This document shows positions 22,276 to 29,133 of a stretch of DNA of 39,869 nucleotides, one piece after another. Position 1 is the first letter of the stretch. Each line of letters begins with the position of its first letter. The notes under the pieces were generated by a model. It ran no database searches. It was given only the letters and a program-made list of their open reading frames with translations, and was not told where the DNA came from. The DNA comes from an uncultured Candidatus Saccharibacteria bacterium (GTDB taxonomy: Bacteria > Patescibacteriota > Minisyncoccia > Phycocordibacterales > UBA9973), in assembly GCA_964478575.1 (NCBI GenBank), contig CAYZIU010000001.1, positions 1-39,869 on the forward strand, given 5' to 3'. The translations under genes were made by a program, and so were the position numbers.

Positions 22276-22284
22276 ATTATATCA
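22276..22284 (-). promoter_or_regulatory. Extended -10 promoter TGaTATAAT (minus) ending 8 nt before the dnaE ATG
   Basis: The reverse complement reads GTGATATAAT-agctcaac-ATG. Confidence 0.55.
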
Positions 22285-22499
22285 CGGGTACAAATATTGA
22301 CTTTTGTAGTTAAAAGTAGCAAAGTGAAGAAATGATGTTCTTTGACAGTTCTAATGTCATTTGCTGTAGCAGATAGAACCTTATTTTTTAGGATTTTGTC
22401 CGCTGTGGCAAAGACATGAAGTCCCAAACCCGACAGCATATTTTTCACATGATGGGTCCGTAAAAACAAAAATACGGATGTGTCAAAAATTATAACGTT

Positions 22500-23162
22500 A
22501 TGGCAAAATCAAATGATTTTAGTTGTACCCTTATGGGTGAAGTTGCGATCACTGCAGCAAAAGCCGGGTGGGAACCCGAAGATTTTTCAAAACTTTCAAA
22601 AGATGAGAATCTAATGAAGTTGATTCTCGGAGTGTTGCGTAACACTCATGAGATAAAAAGAATCGGAACTGTTGTTGCACCTAAAGCTCCACTTGATTTA
22701 ATTATCCGTGTAGATAGATCAATTCGTCCAATGTATCCTGATTGGAAGAGTCGTGTCATGCATCCTGAGTTGGAGCTCACTGGACCCGCAGAATACGATT
22801 TTAATGAAATCGGATTGCGGATTCTGGACAAGAAAAACAGGGAAGATCTAAGCGGCCTTGCCATTTACACACGGCTTAAAAAGGAGAATGCTTTAGCTAA
22901 TTGCCTTGGGTTAGGGGACTTATTGGCAATTCAAGAGAAAGGTATTGACGTATTTCGCAAACATTTCGCACGGAAAGCTGTCTTTGGTTTTAAGTCAGTC
23001 GTATCAGACAAGGAAGGATACTTTTGTGTTCCGTATCTTGTCCAAGACAGTGGCATGGTTGTTTTAAGTTGGCATAAGTTGTACCGCCGTGCGGAACTAC
23101 TTTCTTATCAACTAGCTGGCTCTCCAAGTCTGCAAGTAGTAATGGGGGTTTATTCACTTTAA
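22500..23162 (+). CDS. Hypothetical protein (orphan)
   Basis: 220-aa ORF followed by a tandem-hairpin terminator. No motif recognised. Confidence 0.45.
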   Translation: MAKSNDFSCTLMGEVAITAAKAGWEPEDFSKLSKDENLMKLILGVLRNTHEIKRIGTVVAPKAPLDLIIRVDRSIRPMYPDWKSRVMHPELELTGPAEYDFNEIGLRILDKKNREDLSGLAIYTRLKKENALANCLGLGDLLAIQEKGIDVFRKHFARKAVFGFKSVVSDKEGYFCVPYLVQDSGMVVLSWHKLYRRAELLSYQLAGSPSLQVVMGVYSL

Positions 23163-23196
23163 GATTCGTCCCATATTTGAATTTAGAAAAGTTTTG

Positions 23197-23246
23197 GAGG
23201 TTTTACAAACCTCTGCCCCATGCTCAAAAAAGCATGGGGATTTTTT
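23197..23246 (+). terminator. Tandem-hairpin terminator after gene 22500
   Basis: GAGGTTT-tac-AAACCTC, then a 9-bp stem CCCCATGCT-caaaaa-AGCATGGGG, followed by TTTTTT. Confidence 0.75.
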
Positions 23247-23277
23247 ATGCCCATATTTGGTTCATAAATCCATGCTG

Positions 23278-23283
23278 TATAAT
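23278..23283 (+). promoter_or_regulatory. -10 box TATAAT ending 6 nt before the rnhB ATG
   Basis: ctgTATAAT-gagcgc-ATG, downstream of the preceding terminator. Confidence 0.5.
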
Positions 23284-23289
23284 GAGCGC

Positions 23290-23883
23290 ATGCATCAGCG
23301 GTTTGTGATAGGGATAGATGAAGCAGGCCGAGGGCCCCTGGCTGGACCGGTTGCGGTTGGGATTTTTGTAATTGCGGAAAATAAACTAAAAAAGTTAGAT
23401 TTAACTGGACTAAAAGATTCTAAAAAATTATCTAAAAAAAAGCGGGAAGAGTGGCGAGAGAAGATACAAAAAATGAAAAAAGAAGGAACTGCGGATTTCA
23501 CCGTTGTTTTAGTTTCGGAAAAACACATAGATAAAAACAGAATTCATAATTCTATAAAATTTGGAATTGAAAGGGGAATTAAAAAATTAAAAATTGGAAA
23601 GAAGGATAAAATCTTTTTGGATGGGGGACTCCGGCTCGATAAGACGTTCCTTTTTCAAGAAACAATTATAAAAGGGGACGAGAAAATACCCGTCATATCG
23701 CTTGCCTCAATAATGGCCAAAACTGAGAGGGATCGGAAAATGCTCTTTTTTACCAAAAAATACCCCAAATATGGCTTTGATAGTCATATGGGCTATGGAA
23801 CCCGAAAACATGCTGAAAATATAAGGCTTTTTGGCGCCTCCCCAATACATAGGAAGAGCTTTCTAAAGTCATTTGACTTATAG
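23290..23883 (+). CDS. rnhB: Ribonuclease HII
   Basis: 'VIGIDEAGRGPLAGPVAVG' catalytic motif, plus 'SIMAKTERD' and 'GYG'. The start is set at ATG 23290 because the ORF-track extension contains the upstream terminator. Confidence 0.85.
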   Translation: MHQRFVIGIDEAGRGPLAGPVAVGIFVIAENKLKKLDLTGLKDSKKLSKKKREEWREKIQKMKKEGTADFTVVLVSEKHIDKNRIHNSIKFGIERGIKKLKIGKKDKIFLDGGLRLDKTFLFQETIIKGDEKIPVISLASIMAKTERDRKMLFFTKKYPKYGFDSHMGYGTRKHAENIRLFGASPIHRKSFLKSFDL

Positions 23884-23944
23884 CCTATTATGTAGTATAA
23901 TCAGTCTAGATCACATATGGTTGTGAAAAAAAATTAACAAAAAA

Positions 23945-24715
23945 ATGAGCCTGACAGATGCAAGAATTTGGCAGTATTCTGCGCCTCCGGCGCAGTGGCC
24001 AATGACATTCTTTACAGCTGGAGTCTTTATAGACGAAAGCAATAAAGTTGTAACCGTTATCGACAAAGTTGGTGGCGTAGGGGCAAGGAATCCCAAACTT
24101 CCTGGCGGAATTACACAACCGCCAGTATTCCAGGATAATGCCTACTTTCAGGCGTTAAGAGCAATCTTGGAAAATTGTAAAAAAGATGGAGAAAGGCTCT
24201 ATTCTCCGGAACTTGTTGATGAAATTATATTGTTGGAGAAAATCCGCGATAAAAAAAATAACAAGTATAAAATCGCCGTTCGTAACTTAGTGCTTGAATT
24301 TCTAGAAGAAACCGGACACTATGTTTCAGGAGAGGTGCAGTTTTGCTGGTATCAGTTACAAAAAACACGCCAGTGGCACCAGTATTTTTTTCTGGTTAAA
24401 GAATTGTCTTTTCCAAAAAATGGGAAGATGACTAAAGTTAGAGAATATGTACCGATTGATGGTTTTGTGTCCGTTGATGATGACATTAAGTCATCAAAGG
24501 CGATCCCATTTTCTTGTGCGTTAAAGTACTTCAAAGACGCCGATGGTGATCAGTATGGTGAAGAGGAAGGTAGTGAAAAACCTAAAAATCCTGATTGCCT
24601 TTTTCCACCGCATCAAAATGCTTTGAAGGCAGGAGGATATTATCGCTCTATTGAAGATGGGAAGTTTGCTTATCTTTATGAGAGCTATACCTTCAATCCT
24701 TGTGTATATTGGTAA
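23945..24715 (+). CDS. Hypothetical protein with degenerate/split Nudix-like motif
   Basis: 256 aa. 'KLPGG' and, about 65 aa later, 'LEFLEETGH' resemble the two halves of a Nudix box (REUxEExGU with R->L). Not a canonical box. Confidence 0.3.
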   Translation: MSLTDARIWQYSAPPAQWPMTFFTAGVFIDESNKVVTVIDKVGGVGARNPKLPGGITQPPVFQDNAYFQALRAILENCKKDGERLYSPELVDEIILLEKIRDKKNNKYKIAVRNLVLEFLEETGHYVSGEVQFCWYQLQKTRQWHQYFFLVKELSFPKNGKMTKVREYVPIDGFVSVDDDIKSSKAIPFSCALKYFKDADGDQYGEEEGSEKPKNPDCLFPPHQNALKAGGYYRSIEDGKFAYLYESYTFNPCVYW

Positions 24716-24733
24716 AAAATTGAATATTATTTT

Positions 24734-24763
24734 AAAGCCCCGAGCGAAAGCCGGGGTTTTTTG
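24734..24763 (+). terminator. Rho-independent terminator after gene 23945
   Basis: AAAG-CCCCG-agcgaaagc-CGGGG-TTTTTT. Confidence 0.7.
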
Positions 24764-24767
24764 TTTG

Positions 24768-24902
24768 CCCCCACACCTTTCATGGCAGAATGTTTTATTG
24801 TTAAATAGGTTTTGACAAGTAATCTGGGTTTATATCTACAATTTTTGCTAAATAGTCTAATTTTGTAAAACACAGGCAATACTGCCATGAAAGGTGTGGG
24901 GG
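24768..24902. repeat. 135-bp element bounded by perfect 21-bp inverted repeats (MITE-like)
   Basis: Left arm CCCCCACACCTTTCATGGCAG (24768-24788). Right arm CTGCCATGAAAGGTGTGGGGG (24882-24902). TTTG lies directly outside both arms (24764-24767 and 24903-24906). Confidence 0.6.
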
Positions 24903-24933
24903 TTTGCCCGGGCTTTGCTTTTTAACCCTTTCG

Positions 24934-24942
24934 TGATATTCT
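24934..24942 (+). promoter_or_regulatory. Extended -10 promoter TGaTATTCT ending 8 nt before the rpmF ATG
   Basis: TGaTATTCT-ttttccat-ATG. Confidence 0.45.
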
Positions 24943-24950
24943 TTTTCCAT

Positions 24951-25169
24951 ATGGTTGTACGAATGAGACACACGAGAGCGCACACAGCAAATAGACGCTC
25001 TCATCATGCATTAATAGACAAGAAATTAAATGTCTGCAAAAACTGCGGAAATAAGGTTCTTCCCCATATTGCTTGCGCGAAATGCGGAACATACAAGGGA
25101 AGAAGCGTTGTAGACACTGTTAAAAAAGTCGAAAAAAAGCAGGCAAAAAAGAAGGCGCGCTCTAAATAG
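24951..25169 (+). CDS. rpmF: 50S ribosomal protein L32 (Zn-ribbon form)
   Basis: 'MRHTRAHTANRRSHHAL' and 'CKNCG..CAKCG'. The start is set at ATG 24951 because the upstream part of the ORF lies in an inverted-repeat arm and a promoter. Confidence 0.85.
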   Translation: MVVRMRHTRAHTANRRSHHALIDKKLNVCKNCGNKVLPHIACAKCGTYKGRSVVDTVKKVEKKQAKKKARSK

Positions 25170-25196
25170 GGAGTGCCCTTTTTTGTTCTTTAGTAT

Positions 25197-26111
25197 ATGG
25201 CATCAAGACACTTATCAAGATCAATCGCTCTTCAAACCCTCTTCGAGTGGGATTTTAATGGTTACAAAGACGAGGAAGTAAAAGATATTCTTCAAAAGAA
25301 TGTTGATGAATTTGGTCCCGGAATGGAGACTGATGTTTTTCTGAATGAATTAGTTAATACAGTAAAAGAGAAAAGAACTATTCTCGATGAAATAATTGAA
25401 AAGGCTGCTCCGGAATGGCCAATTGAAAAAATAAATGGAATAGATAGAAATATTCTTCGTTTAGGCCTTGCTGAGCTTCTTTTCGGAGATAGAGAGAACG
25501 TTCCACCAAAAGTTGCAATCAACGAAGCAATAGAACTTGCAAAAGCTTTTGGAGGAGAGAATTCAAGTCGATTTATAAATGGAGTTTTGGGAGCGGTTTA
25601 CAAAGAGATTGGAGAACCAGGAAAAGATCAAGTTTCTAAGAAAAAGATCGACGAGCCAATAGATTTAACAAAATTGCCAATAGAACAACTCGGAGGAGCT
25701 GTTGTTTATGCAATTTATAAAGGTGAGGCGTATCTAGCGATGGTGCATGACGTGTTCGGATATTGGACTCTCTCAAAGGGTAAAATTGAGGCAGGAGAGG
25801 ATCCAGTTTCTGGAATGATGAGAGAGATAAAAGAAGAAATTGGAATTGATGTGGAGGTGGAACAGAAGCTTGGAGAGAACGAATATATTGCTTCTCACCC
25901 TGAAAAAGGAAAACTAAGAAAGCATGTTCACTATTTCTTGGTTCGAGCGGAATATCAAGAATTGAAACTCGAATCAAGCGGAGGACTTGATAATGCAAAG
26001 TGGTTTTCTTTTGCCGAAGTAGCACCACTTCGTATGTATGATGATATTGTGGTATTAATTACCCGTTCCATTGAGATTATTAGTAGAAAAGAGTCTTTGA
26101 ACAAAGACTAA
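25197..26111 (+). CDS. nusB: NusB (antitermination factor) fused to a C-terminal Nudix hydrolase domain
   Basis: aa 1-140 are NusB-like ('SRSIALQTLFEWDF', 'DRNILRLGLAELLF', 'VAINEAIELAKAFG..S.RFINGVLG'). A perfect Nudix box 'GKIEAGEDPVSGMMREIKEEIGI' lies at nt 25779-25847. Confidence 0.85.
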   Translation: MASRHLSRSIALQTLFEWDFNGYKDEEVKDILQKNVDEFGPGMETDVFLNELVNTVKEKRTILDEIIEKAAPEWPIEKINGIDRNILRLGLAELLFGDRENVPPKVAINEAIELAKAFGGENSSRFINGVLGAVYKEIGEPGKDQVSKKKIDEPIDLTKLPIEQLGGAVVYAIYKGEAYLAMVHDVFGYWTLSKGKIEAGEDPVSGMMREIKEEIGIDVEVEQKLGENEYIASHPEKGKLRKHVHYFLVRAEYQELKLESSGGLDNAKWFSFAEVAPLRMYDDIVVLITRSIEIISRKESLNKD

Positions 26112-26194
26112 ATTAAAAGCTAAAATGACAGGTAGCAGTTACCGTGTATTGCAAAAGTGCGATGCCTGGTATCTGAAACTTGATTCTAAATAAT

Positions 26195-26890
26195 ATGCCG
26201 GACTTTAATGAATTTGAAAATGCGATAGGAATCGTTTTTTCTGACAAAAAATTATTAAAACAAGCCTTTATTCACCGTTCTTATATAAATGAGAATGGAA
26301 ATACGGGCTTATCTCACAATGAGCGACTCGAATTTCTCGGGGACGCTGTTTTGGAGTTGTCAGTTACAGATTATCTTTATAAAAAATATCCAAACGAACC
26401 AGAGGGAGCGATGACTTCTTATCGTGCAGCTCTTGTTAATGCCGTTACGATTGCATCTCTTGCAGAAAAGCTTGATATGAATAAATACCTGCTTCTTTCA
26501 AAAGGAGAATCAAAAGATACAGGAAAAGCTAGAATGTATATCTTGGCTAATACTTACGAAGCAGTAATTGGGGCAATTTATTTGGACCAAGGATATGAAA
26601 TGGCTGATAAATTTATAAATGAAAACGCTCTACCTTTCCTAGATGAGATAATTACAAAGAAACTTTGGCGTGATGCAAAAAGTTTGATCCAAGAAAAAGC
26701 TCAGGAATATGTGGGACACACTCCTTCCTACAAAGTAATTTCTGAAACTGGACCTGACCACGATAAACAGTTTACGATTGGAGTATACTTCGGCGCAGAA
26801 CTTATTGCTCAAGGTAAAGGAAAATCAAAACAAGAAGCAGAACAAAAAGCAGCAGAGAGTGCGCTTAAAATAAACAACTGGTTAGATTAA
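26195..26890 (+). CDS. rnc: Ribonuclease III
   Basis: Signature 'NERLEFLGDAVLE' and a C-terminal dsRBD ('DHDKQFTIGV..GKGKSKQEAEQKAAESAL'). ATG 26195 is preferred over the TTG at 26180. Confidence 0.9.
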   Translation: MPDFNEFENAIGIVFSDKKLLKQAFIHRSYINENGNTGLSHNERLEFLGDAVLELSVTDYLYKKYPNEPEGAMTSYRAALVNAVTIASLAEKLDMNKYLLLSKGESKDTGKARMYILANTYEAVIGAIYLDQGYEMADKFINENALPFLDEIITKKLWRDAKSLIQEKAQEYVGHTPSYKVISETGPDHDKQFTIGVYFGAELIAQGKGKSKQEAEQKAAESALKINNWLD

Positions 26891-26893
26891 AAT
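26888..26893 (+). promoter_or_regulatory. -10-like TAAAAT ending 6 nt before the second smc ATG (26900)
   Basis: TAAAAT-attatg-ATG. It overlaps the rnc stop codon and may be coincidental. Confidence 0.3.
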
Positions 26894-26896
26894 ATT

Positions 26897-29092
26897 ATGA
26901 TGAGACTAAAAGAAATAGAAGTTTCTGGATTCAAATCGTTCGCAAAGAAATCAAATCTTTCTTTTCAAAGTCGTGTCACTTGTATTGTTGGTCCAAACGG
27001 TTCTGGTAAGTCTAATGTTGTAGAAGCTATTCGATTTGTCTTAGGAGAGCAGTCAATGAAATCTCTTAGAGGTAAAGGAGGAAGCGATTTGATTTTTAAG
27101 GGATCAAAAGGTGTGCCTTCTGCTTCAAGAGCTTATGTTGCAATTTCTTTTGATAACAAAGATAGAGTTTTTTCTTTTAATAATGAAGGGTCAACTATCG
27201 CTGTTGATTTTGATGAAATATCTATTTCGAGAGAGGTTTTTTCTGATGGGGCTAATATTTATAAAATAAATAATTCAGAAGTTAGACTCAAAGATATTGT
27301 TGAGCTCCTTGCCTCTGTTCACATTGGGTCTACCGGTCACCATATTATTTCTCAGGGAGAGGCTGATAGAATTCTTTCTTCAAATAACAAAGATAGAAGA
27401 CAAATCCTTGAAGATGCTTTGGGTTTAAAAATATACCAATACAGAATAAAAGAAAGTGAAAGAAAGCTGGAAAAATCAGAAATAAATATAAAAGAAGTTG
27501 GATCTTTGCGACGAGAACTTTCTCCGCACCTAACTTTCTTGAAAAAACAGGTTGAGAAAATAGAGAAAGCAGAAGAACTTCGCCGGGAACTTTCAGAGAA
27601 ATTTGATAAGTATCTTAGTGATGAGTCAAAGGAATTGAAGAGAGAAAGGGGAGAGACTAGTGATAGAATCAAAAATATAAATGAAGATATAAAAAGCGCT
27701 AGTAGAATAACGGAGGACAGAGCTGAGCTTACTGTAAAAAAAGAATCAGAAGAAGAAATTGAAATATTAAGTTTGAGAGATCAAGAAAGAAGTCTTGAAT
27801 CTAGAAAGAATGATATCGCAAAAAATCTTGGAAAATTAGAAGGAAGATTAGAAGCTATTCGAGATAGTCAAAAAGAAAAGAATGAGAAAACATATCCAGC
27901 CTCTTTCTTTTTTGGAATTATATCTAAAATAAAAAAAGTAAGTCAGATATTACAAGAAAATGGGGAAAAGGAAGAAGCTATTTCACTTCTTTCTCAAATA
28001 ATAAAAGAAGGAGAAGAATTTGGTGGAGAAGATAATACTTCTGTGAATTCAAGTATTGTTTCAGGTCTTGTTATAGAGCTAGAAGAAGAAAAGAAAAAAC
28101 TCGGTAGCCTTGATATAGAAGTTTCAGATATTCGAAGTAAAATAAGAACTTTGGAAGTAAAGATAATTTCAAAGCGAGAAGAAGAAAGAGACAGAGAGAG
28201 GAAATATTACGAAGAAAAGGAAAAACTCGTAAGGCTAGAAGGGGAGAAATCTCGTCTTGAAGAGCACCTAAATTCTATTTTAATAAGAGAAACAAATCTA
28301 GAAGAAGACAGAAAGTCTATTCAAATGATTGTCGGCAGATCTTTTGATGGAGCTACAAATAGTCAGATCGCTTATGATGCAAGAATCCAAGAAACTCTCA
28401 AGCGAGACATAGAAAGACTGAAAATCAGACTCGAAGATTCTGGTGGAGCGGGAAGTGGGGATGTTTTGAAAGAGTACAAAGAAACAGAAGAAAGAGACGA
28501 GTTTCTAAAGAGAGAGGTTGAAGATTTGGAGTCTAGTATAAAAAATTTAAAATCACTTATAAAAGATTTACGCGACACTCTAGATAATGAATTTAAAAAA
28601 GGAGTATCAGAAGTTAATAAATCTTTCAATGAATTTTTCCAGACAATGTTCGGAGGAGGATCAGCTCACTTAACCATTACAGTTGAACATGGAAGAGGGG
28701 AAGATCCAGAAGAGAGTGGGGTTGAGTATAAGTTTGAAAGAGGAGTTGAGATTGGTGTTTCTTTACCTCAGAAAAAAGTTCGAGAGCTTGGCATGTTATC
28801 TGGAGGAGAGAGATCTCTTGTTTCTATTGCATTACTTTTTGCAATGTCAGCGGTTAATCCGCCTCCATTTTTAGTGCTTGATGAAACAGACGCGGCGCTA
28901 GACGAATCTAATTCACGCCGTTATGGAGATATGCTAGAGAAATTATCAAAACATTCACAACTAATCGTTGTAACTCACAATAGAGAGACAATGTCTCGTG
29001 CCTCGTCTCTTTATGGAATAACGATTGGTCTCGATGGAGCGTCAAAACTCCTCTCTCTAAAATTTGAAGAAGCAAAGTCTTACGCAAAATAA
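26897..29092 (+). CDS. smc: SMC-like chromosome-partition ATPase, short form without recognisable hinge
   Basis: Walker A 'GPNGSGKSN', signature 'LSGGERSLVSIALLFA', Walker B 'FLVLDETDAALD', with a long Glu/Lys-rich coiled coil between. Only 731 aa. It occupies the conserved position after rnc. Confidence 0.75.
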   Translation: MMRLKEIEVSGFKSFAKKSNLSFQSRVTCIVGPNGSGKSNVVEAIRFVLGEQSMKSLRGKGGSDLIFKGSKGVPSASRAYVAISFDNKDRVFSFNNEGSTIAVDFDEISISREVFSDGANIYKINNSEVRLKDIVELLASVHIGSTGHHIISQGEADRILSSNNKDRRQILEDALGLKIYQYRIKESERKLEKSEINIKEVGSLRRELSPHLTFLKKQVEKIEKAEELRRELSEKFDKYLSDESKELKRERGETSDRIKNINEDIKSASRITEDRAELTVKKESEEEIEILSLRDQERSLESRKNDIAKNLGKLEGRLEAIRDSQKEKNEKTYPASFFFGIISKIKKVSQILQENGEKEEAISLLSQIIKEGEEFGGEDNTSVNSSIVSGLVIELEEEKKKLGSLDIEVSDIRSKIRTLEVKIISKREEERDRERKYYEEKEKLVRLEGEKSRLEEHLNSILIRETNLEEDRKSIQMIVGRSFDGATNSQIAYDARIQETLKRDIERLKIRLEDSGGAGSGDVLKEYKETEERDEFLKREVEDLESSIKNLKSLIKDLRDTLDNEFKKGVSEVNKSFNEFFQTMFGGGSAHLTITVEHGRGEDPEESGVEYKFERGVEIGVSLPQKKVRELGMLSGGERSLVSIALLFAMSAVNPPPFLVLDETDAALDESNSRRYGDMLEKLSKHSQLIVVTHNRETMSRASSLYGITIGLDGASKLLSLKFEEAKSYAK

Positions 29093-29123
29093 AAAACCGC
29101 CCCACTAATGGGGCGGTTTTTTA
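29090..29123. terminator. Bidirectional terminator between convergent smc and the glycosidase gene
   Basis: AAAAAA-CCGCCCC-actaat-GGGGCGG-TTTTTT. Confidence 0.8.
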
Positions 29124-29133
29124 TTTCAGGATA

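Noticed and set aside
22254-22469. 71-aa minus-strand ORF upstream of and overlapping the dnaE start
   Set aside because: It has a TTG start, overlaps the dnaE start and contains the dnaE promoter, and has no recognisable motif. It is probably non-coding. The 232-nt spacer may still hold regulatory structure (e.g. hairpin TCCGTA..TACGGA 22457-22479), but I could not support a feature.
23170-23259. 10-bp direct repeat CCCATATTTG (23170-23179 and 23250-23259) flanking the tandem terminator hairpins, resembling a target-site duplication around a 70-bp insert
   Set aside because: A single local 10-mer repeat in 40 kb of AT-biased sequence is within what chance could give. No inverted termini were seen at the supposed element ends. 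Noted but not claimed.
25167-25186. Terminator after rpmF (AGGG-agtg-CCCT plus T-run)
   Set aside because: The stem is only 4 bp and nusB starts 28 nt later without a convincing promoter. rpmF and nusB-nudix are more likely co-transcribed.
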